This document shows positions 40,064 to 48,906 of a stretch of 64,000 nt of DNA, piece after piece. The position numbers were made by a program, and so were the translations under genes. Below the pieces are notes generated by a model that saw only the letters and a program-made list of their open reading frames with translations, was not told where the DNA came from and ran no database searches. Positions within the stretch are counted from its first letter, which is position 1, and each line of letters opens with the position of its first letter. The stretch is from Macrostomum hystrix (lineage: Eukaryota; Animalia; Platyhelminthes): NCBI GenBank assembly GCA_950097015.1, contig CATNEN010000001.1:620001-684000 (forward strand), given 5' to 3'.

Positions 40064-41049
40064 TCACAAGAGTATCAAAGGATCGTCTTCAGCCGCTGCT
40101 TGACCGTCTCCAGCACCAGCAGGCTGGCAAGCTTCAGCATCTGCAGCAAAAGTTTAGTGGTAGTATTTACATTAGAGTGCTATAGTTTTATAAAAGAGAG
40201 ACACAGAGGAGAGAGCGTAGCACACATATTGGGTGGGCCAATAATACACACGGTTTTTCCTTCAATTCACACATATTGGGTGGGCCAATAATACACACGG
40301 TTTTTCCTTCAATTCACACATATTGGGTGGGCCAATAATACACACGGTTTTTCCTTCAATTCACACATATTGGGTGGGCCAATAATACACACGGTTTTTC
40401 CTTCAATTCACACATATTGGGTGGGCCAATAATACACACGGTTTTTCCTTCAATTCACACATATTGGGTGGGCCAATAATACACACGGTTTTTCCTTCAA
40501 TTCACACATATTGGGTGGGCCAATAATACACACGGTTTTTCCTTCAATTCACACATATTGGGTGGGCCAATAATACACACGGTTTTTCCTTCAATTCACA
40601 CATTTTAATTTTTCTAGTAGACTCACAATGCTCATATAGAAGGCCCTGAAGTTCAGCCGCTGATGGAGGTCTTGTTGGGGGAGTCGGATCTTGCCAATCT
40701 TCTGCATCCGTTTGCCACCACCTTTCGCTCCGAATTGTCCTAGAGTTTTCATGCAGGAATGTAGCCGAAACAGAGCAAAAGCGGAGCCGCGGAAGCTCGG
40801 TCACCAAAGTATAGATGTTATGGCGGGATTGCACGTGGTAGTAACTCACACTGAACAGTTCTGCCAGGCTTGTTAAAGTATGCTGATGCCTTGTCATAAA
40901 TTGGTCATTCCTTGTAGCGAAGCACGAGCTCACCCTTTGAAGGCATGATCGCTTGGTATACAATAGTAAGCTGACAAGGAGCACAGCGATGCGAGCGAAA
41001 TGCTCTTTGCTCCTTGTCTTCTCTCAGTATTTAAAAGCTCAATACTCAT
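40064..41049 (-). CDS. Possible 3-exon spliced small acidic/Pro-rich viral gene: 41049-40934, 40739-40627, 40140-40064 (101 aa)
   Basis: GTGAGC and GTGAGT donors, CTAG and TTTTGCTGCAG acceptors, all phases in frame. No homology recognised. Confidence 0.3.
40221..40603. repeat. Eight identical 47-bp tandem repeats inside the Polinton
   Basis: CACACATATTGGGTGGGCCAATAATACACACGGTTTTTCCTTCAATT starting at 40221, 40268, ... 40550. Confidence 0.97.
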
Positions 41050-41188
41050 GCAGTCAGCAAATCGATTTTTTAGTCCGTTCCTATGATCAGACAAATGCCC
41101 TCCAATTGGCGCGCTTTCTGCCAAAAAAGTCTCGGCGGCGCTTTTTGTGCCAGCTGGCAGACTTTTTGGCAGAATTTTTTTGCTTGAA

Positions 41189-41632
41189 TCATTCTGCTCT
41201 CTCAACCCCCAGCTCTTTCAGCAGTCTTCCTAGTTCTTTACTTGGAGCATGCAATACAAAGCCCACCCCACCAATCCCCAACCCCAACTTTGTCTTACCA
41301 AAAATAACAGCTTTAACTAGCTTCCGAGCGATCGATTCCCTCCACCCGCTTGAAGCCGCCATATTGTCTAGCATTCTGAGCATTTCTTTGTCCCAGCGAG
41401 TCTTCTCCTCTGGAAAATCCCTATACTTAATATCATGCCACATACAGACAGAGTCTAGCTCGTTCACAGGCTCATGCCCAGGATTTGGATTATTGTTTTT
41501 ATCTAGCTGTATTTCAAGCGGATTCAAAGGCCCGCAATATTTGTAGCCGGGAATTGTCCAGCCTTTGTTTGGATGAGGAAGCTTTTCTACCAGTCCATGT
41601 GAATCTAGTTTACCACCAGAGCGTTGCATCAT
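41189..41632 (-). CDS. Parvovirus VP1u-like phospholipase A2 (Polinton PLA2), 147 aa
   Basis: TIPGYKYCGPLNPL (Ca-binding loop) and PVNELDSVCMWHDIKY (HD catalytic motif). Start at AAAAATGATG, 41632. Confidence 0.88.
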   Translation of the reverse strand: MMQRSGGKLDSHGLVEKLPHPNKGWTIPGYKYCGPLNPLEIQLDKNNNPNPGHEPVNELDSVCMWHDIKYRDFPEEKTRWDKEMLRMLDNMAASSGWRESIARKLVKAVIFGKTKLGLGIGGVGFVLHAPSKELGRLLKELGVERAE

Positions 41633-41659
41633 TTTTATAAAAAAATTAAATAAAAAATA

Positions 41660-42649
41660 ATGACAGATCAGAAACTTCAAAAGCTCTACTACAGCGACAA
41701 AGGATTCTTTGTAGGAAAAAATGCAGTCACCAAACTCGCAGAACTAAGTAATGAATCAAAACAAACAGTTGAAAGATGGCTCTCCAAGCAAGCAGTTTAC
41801 CAAGTCTATTTCCCACCTGTTAAATTTACAAGACCTCACTTTAACATCTATAAACCTAATGAAGCGCACCAAGCAGATCTTCTGTTTCTCCCCAATGACT
41901 CAGGCTACAAGTATGCGCTCACTGTTATAGACATTGCCTCCAGATATAAAGAAGCCAGACCGCTTAAGACTAAGAAGTCAGAAGCAGTTGCAGCTGCCCT
42001 CCAAGACATTTACAAAAACTCACCGCTCACATACCCCCAAACCTTTATGACTGATCCTGGCAAAGAATTCATGGGGGCAGTCAAATCCCTTATGGAAAAG
42101 AACAATACGAAAATGCGCTACGGAAGAACTGAGCTCCATAGAGACCAGGCTTTTGTTGAAAGATTCAATCTAACTCTAGCAAAGAGACTTTTCACAAAGC
42201 AGACAGCTGAAGAGCTGAAACTAAAAAGTGGCCAATACTATACCAAGTGGACAGAAAGACTCCCCGCAGTAATAAGTCAACTGAACAATGAAGTATCTCG
42301 AATGACAAACCTGAAACCAAATACTGCCATCAAACAAGACACAGTTGAATCAAAACATCCGATCGCCAATTTCAACTATCCAAAGCTCCCTGGCGTTTAT
42401 TCTCCGGAAATTCTTACTAACTCTGAATTCGTTCGCTTCCTTTACTTACCAGGAGAGCTAGAAAAGGACACAAAGAGAAGAGCAACAGACCCATACTTTA
42501 GTCTTGATGTACATAAGATAAACAGGCATTTCACATCAGCATCCGGCGATTACTATTTTCTATCCCAAGACTTTAATTCAAAAGCCCCCACACGATCATT
42601 CACAAGGGCTGAGCTTCTAGTGATTCCACATGACACAGAAATAAATTAA
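41660..42649 (+). CDS. Retroviral-like (rve) DDE integrase
   Basis: HQADLLF, LTVIDIASRY, FMTDPGKEF, QAFVERFNLTL motifs. Confidence 0.95.
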   Translation: MTDQKLQKLYYSDKGFFVGKNAVTKLAELSNESKQTVERWLSKQAVYQVYFPPVKFTRPHFNIYKPNEAHQADLLFLPNDSGYKYALTVIDIASRYKEARPLKTKKSEAVAAALQDIYKNSPLTYPQTFMTDPGKEFMGAVKSLMEKNNTKMRYGRTELHRDQAFVERFNLTLAKRLFTKQTAEELKLKSGQYYTKWTERLPAVISQLNNEVSRMTNLKPNTAIKQDTVESKHPIANFNYPKLPGVYSPEILTNSEFVRFLYLPGELEKDTKRRATDPYFSLDVHKINRHFTSASGDYYFLSQDFNSKAPTRSFTRAELLVIPHDTEIN

Positions 42650-42666
42650 ATTTTTTTTTAAATAAA

Positions 42667-43095
42667 ATGATTGAAACCAGAACCGTGAATAAAATCAGCA
42701 GAATTATCGACTCTAAGAAGCCAGGAGTTGTATCAATTAAAGGTGTCAAAGTCAAAGTAGATCCAATCCAGCAAATGATCCATTGTAACAATCAAACGCA
42801 CAATATCACTGATGAGAAGACAGGTGGGATTCTTCCTTTGCTAACTCTTATCCCCATCATCGCAGGTGCTCTTGGTGCTGCAGGAGGTGTAGCCGGCGGA
42901 GTTGCATCAGCTGTGAAGGCTGGCAATGACAGAGCACATCAACAAGAGATGGAGAAAATCGCTAGAGAAAAAGGAGTCAGAATCGGGGGTAGTTGTGAAT
43001 CTGATGAATCAGCTGATGAATCAGTCAGCAAATCAGAAATCGTTAAAGCCATCATGACACTGCACAAAGCAGGATTTACAATACTCCGGATGTGA
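42667..43095 (+). CDS. Putative virion core/membrane-active precursor with an adenovirus pX-like segment, 142 aa
   Basis: KTGG-ILPLLTLIPIIAGALGAAGGVAGGVASAV resembles adenovirus pX GG-ILPLLIPLIAAAIGA. A second GG site occurs at VRIGGS. Confidence 0.7.
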   Translation: MIETRTVNKISRIIDSKKPGVVSIKGVKVKVDPIQQMIHCNNQTHNITDEKTGGILPLLTLIPIIAGALGAAGGVAGGVASAVKAGNDRAHQQEMEKIAREKGVRIGGSCESDESADESVSKSEIVKAIMTLHKAGFTILRM

Positions 43096-43219
43096 AAACA
43101 GAACAGAACAGAATCTGCTCTCATAACTATATTTAGCACTGTTGGTAGTAGTTTGCCATACTTTACACTTCACTTGAGGGTGACCACCCTAAAATTTTTT
43201 TATAAAATTTTCATTAAAA

Positions 43220-46200
43220 ATGCCTAAAGCAATTCCAGAAAAAAAATTTGTCGAATCTTTCTTTCAAAATTATTGTCCTCAAGCCTCTTCTTTTCAGCAG
43301 AAAAGTAAAGTTTTGCAAGAGCTTTGCAGGCAGAAATTCAATACAGATCCAGGCTACCTCGGGAGCTATGCAAAGATGCAAGAAATTATTAATCAGCTTC
43401 TGCATTCAGAGCAGTACACACCCGTGATGAACCCTGCAGCTGAGCATCAACAAAAGAGCCGCAGCTTAGTCAATAAGTATGAGACACTCACAGGTCAAAA
43501 TGTGTTGAAATACCCACAGAATAAGCAAGAGCAAGAAGATCTAGAACGTACAATCCACCAGGTTGAAGCAGAGCTACAAGTAGAGCTACAAACTGAAGAC
43601 CTTAAATTTGCACAGAGAAAATTCACAGAGTATTATATTGAGTACACAATCCAGGAAGACACCACAAATTCCCAATCCGACATTTACGACTTCAAAGACA
43701 GAATTCAATCAGTAATTGATCACACACTGAAGTCACGTAAGACCTTCAAGCTTCAGTTATCATTCAAGATTGAATTTTACATGCCTGCAAAACCCACTGA
43801 GCGTCTTGAATACTACATGACTACTAAAGCTCTACCCTTTACTCCCACTGACACACAGGATCCCTTTCTTCAAGAGATCAGTAAAAAGATTGACGCCTTT
43901 ACTTCCAGAGGATCAGGTTGGGTTGTCAATGGCATTCAAAAAGCTACAGTAATGATCATGAAATATGACCCTCTCAAAGCTTCATCATATATTGTGCTCC
44001 CGAAAAAGTTAGCGGATAAAAAAGCTTGCATCAATGTGCAAAATGATGACCAATGCTGCGCACTATGGGCAGTTTGGTCTGCAATATTGTATGAGAAAGA
44101 TCGAGCCCACCCAGAGAGAACTTCTCATTATAAAATGTATTTTGACGCAAAACTTTTAGAATGCCATGCTAAAGGAATTTCCTTCAATAGAGGTGGCTTG
44201 GCAATCGATCAAATCCCAAAGCTAGAGGAAGTATTTAACAATAAAATCAGAATCACAGTCTTTGAATGGAATGAGAAGAGCGAAAAAGTACAGTTAGTCA
44301 GAGCCAGTAAAAACACGCTAGATCCTGAAGGTAGGCGTCGCATAGATGTCGATCTTCTAATCATAGGTGATTTGCGAGAAAATGCCCACTACGTTTGGAT
44401 TAAAGATCTTTCCAGGCTCCTCCACAAGCAAATGAACAATCATCATGAATCGGTAGCAATCTGTCGTCTTTGTCTGAAGCATTATAGTGGACCCGATCGT
44501 GATGAAAAACTTAAAGAGCATGAACTGACCTGTGAAGATCATCCAACCAACTGCACACTTCCAACGGATAAGCATCTCAGATTTAAGAGTTATCACAAGA
44601 TGGAGAAGCTCCCGTTTATAGTATACGCTGACTTTGAATGCACTATAAACCCTGAAACCAATAAGCATGTCCCAAATTCTGTTGCATATCTCTTTATTGG
44701 AAGAGACTCTTTTATTGACTCAAAGTATTTCTTAGGTGACCAGTGTGTTGAACAATTCATTTACTCGATGATGGAATTACAGAAAAATGTTGCTGCCATT
44801 CAGCCTGTTCGAATAATTATGTCCGATCAAGATGAAATCGACTTCGGATCTGCAACTCATTGTCACATTTGCCGAAAGCTATTAACACCCTGCGACGTCA
44901 AAAACCACACAGTCAGAGACCACGATCACTTCACAGGAAAATTTAGAGGGGCAGCTCATAACACCTGTAATCTGAAACTTCAGAAAAACATCCGCGACCT
45001 TACCATTTTCTTCCATAACGGAAGGGGATATGATTATCACTTATTGGTTGAGAAGCTGGGTATGATACCAGGCATTAAACTAGATTGCATCGCAGAGAAC
45101 AAAGAAAAGTTCAAGTGCATTGATATTAAGCGAGATTCAGGCAAGATTAAGATCAAAGATTCATTCCAGTTTCTGGCCGCCAGTCTCGATGCTTTGAGTA
45201 AAAATCTCACCGATGACCAATGTACTTATACCAAGATGCTGGCAGATTCCCTCAATCCTAGAACCCCAGATTCATTTAAGCTTCTTAGAAAGAAAGGTGT
45301 CTACCCTTATGAATGTAATCACGTCTTTGCAGAACCACTACCACCCAAGGACAAGTTCTTTTCAAAGCTAACAAACTCTGGGATTTCTGATGAAGATTAT
45401 GAGCATGCTCAGACTGTTTACAAACATTTTAACTGTCGAAACTTTCTTGATTATCACATGCTTTACCTTTGGACTGATGTCTTTCTTCTAGCTGATGTAT
45501 TTGAAACCTTTAGAAAGACCTGGTACTCTGCTTATGGTCTTGACCCTGCTCATTATGTGTCTTTGCCTGCTACCAGTTGGGAATCATTGCTTAAAATGAA
45601 ATGGGATCAAAATCCCAACTGGTACATCGAGCTGCTTACAGACATAGACATGTACAACTTTATAGATTCATCTAAGAGAGGGGGCATCTCAATTTGTGTC
45701 CATAGGCATGCAAAGGCGAACAATCCGTATCTAGAAGACTATGATAAAGAAAAGCCTTCAAACTACATCATTTATCTGGATGCCAACAACCTCTATGGTT
45801 GGGCTATGAGCCAAGATTTACCTGTTAGAGATTTTAGGTGGCTAGATACTTATAAACTCGACTTTTCAATACCTGCGATCTATGAAGTTGATGTTGAAAT
45901 CCCAAGGGAACTTCACGACGATTTCTCTGACTTTGCCCCCTTCCCTGAGAACATTAACTGTCCAAAGATAATCCAGTACAATGATGGAAGCTGGCAGCTA
46001 TCTGAAAAAGAAAAAGAGCGTGTGAAAAAGTTAACACAAAATCTCATGAACAAGACACGCTATAAAATCCACTTCAAACTGTTGCAGTATTTTATCTCCC
46101 TAGGCTGTAGGGTCACGAAAGTTCACAGAGCTCTCGCATTCACAGAAGAAGCGTGGATGAAGCCATACATAGAAAAAAACACCCAGTTTAGAACTAAAGC

Positions 46201-47026
46201 AACAAACAGCTTTGACAAGGACCTGTTCAAGCTTGCAAACAACTCTGTCTATGGCAAGACCCTAGAAAACGAACGCAACCGCACGAACCTGAAGCTCGTT
46301 ACCTGTTATGAGCCTGGTACTATTCAGACAAGTTTATCAAAGCCCACTTTCAAAGAGCTTCATATCTTTAATGATTACTTGGGTGCCATACTGTTCTATA
46401 AGACTAAAGTTACCCTATGCAAGCCGATATTCACAGGTGTGACTGTACTCGATGAGTCGAAGCGTCTGATGTATAAATTCTTCTATGACATGAAGCGGCA
46501 ATATGGTGAACAACTGAAACTTCTATATACTGACACAGACTCCCTAATTCTAAACATACAGACTGAGGATGTCTATCAGGACATGTTGAATCAAAAACAT
46601 CTGTATGACCTATCCGAATATCCAGAGTCCTTCAAGACTTTGAAAGGTGATCAAGTACGCGACACTGGAAATCAAAAAGTTGTAGGAAAAATGAAGGATG
46701 AAACGGCTGGCACCCTCATTACAGAGTTTATCGGTTTGAGGGCAAAGTCCTATTTTGTAAAAAGTTGTAAGTCTACCATTAAAAAATCAAAAGGAATCCC
46801 AAAACATGTTGTTAAAAACGATCTCCATGAAGCTTCATACAAGGACGCATTGATCAATAATAAAAGTACTACTCATGAATTTATGAAACTGCAGTCTAAG
46901 AACCACAACATTCACACAATTCAACAGAAGAAGATAGGCCTCTCAGGTGCCGATAACAAACGACATATCTTTGATGACAACATTAACAGCCTACCATTTG
47001 GACACTATAGATTAAATAATTTGTAA
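43220..47026 (+). CDS. polB: Protein-primed family B DNA polymerase, 1268 aa
   Basis: Exonuclease motifs IVYADFEC, FFHNGRGYD and YLWTDV. Polymerase motifs YLDANNLYGWAM, KLANNSVYGK and YTDTDS. Inserted CHIC..RDHDHFTGKFRGAAHNTCN (EndoVII/HNH-like). Confidence 0.97.
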   Translation: MPKAIPEKKFVESFFQNYCPQASSFQQKSKVLQELCRQKFNTDPGYLGSYAKMQEIINQLLHSEQYTPVMNPAAEHQQKSRSLVNKYETLTGQNVLKYPQNKQEQEDLERTIHQVEAELQVELQTEDLKFAQRKFTEYYIEYTIQEDTTNSQSDIYDFKDRIQSVIDHTLKSRKTFKLQLSFKIEFYMPAKPTERLEYYMTTKALPFTPTDTQDPFLQEISKKIDAFTSRGSGWVVNGIQKATVMIMKYDPLKASSYIVLPKKLADKKACINVQNDDQCCALWAVWSAILYEKDRAHPERTSHYKMYFDAKLLECHAKGISFNRGGLAIDQIPKLEEVFNNKIRITVFEWNEKSEKVQLVRASKNTLDPEGRRRIDVDLLIIGDLRENAHYVWIKDLSRLLHKQMNNHHESVAICRLCLKHYSGPDRDEKLKEHELTCEDHPTNCTLPTDKHLRFKSYHKMEKLPFIVYADFECTINPETNKHVPNSVAYLFIGRDSFIDSKYFLGDQCVEQFIYSMMELQKNVAAIQPVRIIMSDQDEIDFGSATHCHICRKLLTPCDVKNHTVRDHDHFTGKFRGAAHNTCNLKLQKNIRDLTIFFHNGRGYDYHLLVEKLGMIPGIKLDCIAENKEKFKCIDIKRDSGKIKIKDSFQFLAASLDALSKNLTDDQCTYTKMLADSLNPRTPDSFKLLRKKGVYPYECNHVFAEPLPPKDKFFSKLTNSGISDEDYEHAQTVYKHFNCRNFLDYHMLYLWTDVFLLADVFETFRKTWYSAYGLDPAHYVSLPATSWESLLKMKWDQNPNWYIELLTDIDMYNFIDSSKRGGISICVHRHAKANNPYLEDYDKEKPSNYIIYLDANNLYGWAMSQDLPVRDFRWLDTYKLDFSIPAIYEVDVEIPRELHDDFSDFAPFPENINCPKIIQYNDGSWQLSEKEKERVKKLTQNLMNKTRYKIHFKLLQYFISLGCRVTKVHRALAFTEEAWMKPYIEKNTQFRTKATNSFDKDLFKLANNSVYGKTLENERNRTNLKLVTCYEPGTIQTSLSKPTFKELHIFNDYLGAILFYKTKVTLCKPIFTGVTVLDESKRLMYKFFYDMKRQYGEQLKLLYTDTDSLILNIQTEDVYQDMLNQKHLYDLSEYPESFKTLKGDQVRDTGNQKVVGKMKDETAGTLITEFIGLRAKSYFVKSCKSTIKKSKGIPKHVVKNDLHEASYKDALINNKSTTHEFMKLQSKNHNIHTIQQKKIGLSGADNKRHIFDDNINSLPFGHYRLNNL

Positions 47027-47057
47027 CAAAATTTGTTACAAAAAATTTGTAAAAAAA

Positions 47058-47468
47058 ATGACAACCAATATTTTTTTAGAAGATCTAGCTCAGCAATTAA
47101 AAATCCCAAACTTCAGAGGCGTCTTTATGAAGGATACACTGCCAGAAACCCCACTAGAAAAAGAATGTGGAATCATGAACTTTGACCCTGCAGAAAAGCC
47201 AGGTTCTCATTGGGTTTGTTGGGTAATTGATCCGAACCGTAAACACAAGTACTATTACTTTGATAGCTATGGAACTGCTGTACCCGAACAACTGAGAAAT
47301 TATATGACTCATATGAGACATAAAATGAGACATAAAATATACCGCTCAGATTTTATACTCCAGGGTATTAACAGTGATATTTGTGGTGAGCTATGTATGA
47401 CTGTTTTGTATGCAATGACCCACACCCGAAAGAGTTACAAAGAAATCATTTTAGGGCTGAAAAAATAA
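47058..47468 (+). CDS. Adenain-like cysteine maturation protease
   Basis: GSHWVCW (His), YFDSYG (Asp), LQGINSDICGELC (Gln, Cys). Confidence 0.92.
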   Translation: MTTNIFLEDLAQQLKIPNFRGVFMKDTLPETPLEKECGIMNFDPAEKPGSHWVCWVIDPNRKHKYYYFDSYGTAVPEQLRNYMTHMRHKMRHKIYRSDFILQGINSDICGELCMTVLYAMTHTRKSYKEIILGLKK

Positions 47469-47493
47469 TTTTTTTAGGTCCCGTTAGGTCCTG

Positions 47494-48129
47494 TTAGGTC
47501 TTGTTCATTTTCGCTGCTTTCGCCACATGCTGTTTGAACACATTCTCCAGATCATTTCTTAGCTGGCTCATTTCATCAATGGTATTTAGATTAAGCCTAA
47601 CTCGTTGCTCATAGAGGTCTTGAATGTTTTTAAACTCATCCTCTGAAATGAACTTGTCTTCAATCGCCTTTGAGATGTACCCGATGATAGAGCTTTGTAC
47701 TGATTTCTCATTTGTTTGCTTCGCATGTAGATGCTTTAGCTTTTGTCGTCTGTTCCGTGATAGTGCTCCTGTAACTGCTGAAATCAGACCACATGTGGCA
47801 CCAGCAGCTCCGAGTGGAATGGCGATTGGTACAGTGATTACAGGAAGTGTTGAAACAGCAGCTGCTGATCCCGATAGAACAGATACAGATCCAAGAAACA
47901 TATTAAGGTAATCGAAGACCTTGCACTCTCTATTATAGCGCTTCAGTTTCTTGGTATTATGATCAATTTGCCGTTTAATATCATCTCGCATCTTTTGAAT
48001 CTCCACCAATCTGAATTGCTGCGAGTTACAAGTGAAAGTAACTGGGGTTGGGTAGATGGGTTGGTAAGGAGCACTAGGTTGGCTTGGAGGCGCACTAGGT
48101 TCATATAGAGAGTTAATTTTTTCAGACAT
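47494..48129 (-). CDS. Putative membrane protein with two N-terminal PSAP motifs and a central hydrophobic hairpin, 211 aa
   Basis: LYEPSAPPSQPSAPYQPIYP, then a helical basic segment, then ~50 uncharged residues YLNMFLGSVSV...ISAVTGALS, then RNRRQKLK. Confidence 0.8.
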   Translation of the reverse strand: MSEKINSLYEPSAPPSQPSAPYQPIYPTPVTFTCNSQQFRLVEIQKMRDDIKRQIDHNTKKLKRYNRECKVFDYLNMFLGSVSVLSGSAAAVSTLPVITVPIAIPLGAAGATCGLISAVTGALSRNRRQKLKHLHAKQTNEKSVQSSIIGYISKAIEDKFISEDEFKNIQDLYEQRVRLNLNTIDEMSQLRNDLENVFKQHVAKAAKMNKT

Positions 48130-48160
48130 TTATTGAACGAAAAAAAATTATATAAATTTT

Positions 48161-48889
48161 TTATGACCTTTCTCGCAAATCTGTTGCACGCCTTGCCGCC
48201 TCCCTTGATGCCTCTTCTGATGGTCCATCAGATACTCTTGCTTCTTCAATGTCAATGTCTGGCAGATTGTGCAGTCTCTCTAGTCGGCCGAGTCTTCTTT
48301 TCGTTTTCCCCCAGTCGTTGTATATCCTATTCAAATACTCAGTGTGTCTTGTTACGTTTAGCCCCATGGGTCTTAGTGTTTCCTTTGTTTCATTTGCTAG
48401 TCTCTGAAGAGCTGTTATATCTGACTCTGCTGCTGTGAGTCGCGAACTCAATCTATCATGCACAGTGCTTGATCTTAGCATAAAGGCTTCTAAATTTCGA
48501 ACTTTATTTGAATTTTCTGTTACTCTTTCTTCCACCAAGTTTGCTCGATTATTAACGGCAGTTCTCAGAGTGGCGATGTCTGATCTTAGAGTGGCGATGT
48601 CTGATCTCAGAGTGGGTATCGCTGCAACAAGAGTATCCCGATCATGAACAAACTGTACATATAGTATGTCAATCTCTTCCTTCCGTTTTGCTACGCTCAA
48701 CCGCAGGTCTTCCATGTTTATTTGTTGTTGGTGTGTTGCCCGCTCTAGGGCTTTCAAGCGATCTTTATTGAGTTTGATTTCTGGAATTTTTTCGTCAACA
48801 TTTATATAACGCCTGTCAAGGTAAGAAACTTGAGCACTAGTGAGTGTGCTTCCGCGATCCAACGATTCACCTGCAAAATTAATAGACAT
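48161..48889 (-). CDS. Coiled-coil, possibly fibre-like protein, 242 aa (start MSINFAG)
   Basis: Heptad repeats LRSDIAT-LRSDIAT-LRTAVN and LSSRLTAAESDITALQ. AAAAAAATG start context. Confidence 0.7.
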   Translation of the reverse strand: MSINFAGESLDRGSTLTSAQVSYLDRRYINVDEKIPEIKLNKDRLKALERATHQQQINMEDLRLSVAKRKEEIDILYVQFVHDRDTLVAAIPTLRSDIATLRSDIATLRTAVNNRANLVEERVTENSNKVRNLEAFMLRSSTVHDRLSSRLTAAESDITALQRLANETKETLRPMGLNVTRHTEYLNRIYNDWGKTKRRLGRLERLHNLPDIDIEEARVSDGPSEEASREAARRATDLRERS

Positions 48890-48906
48890 TTTTTTAATAA
48901 CAAAAT

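Noticed and set aside
40221-40603. CRISPR-like array
   Set aside because: Units are contiguous and identical with no unique spacers, there are no cas genes, and the context is eukaryotic.
40953-41546. 197-aa plus-strand ORF in the Polinton
   Set aside because: Largely the antisense shadow of the PLA2 gene, with a non-ATG start and no motifs.
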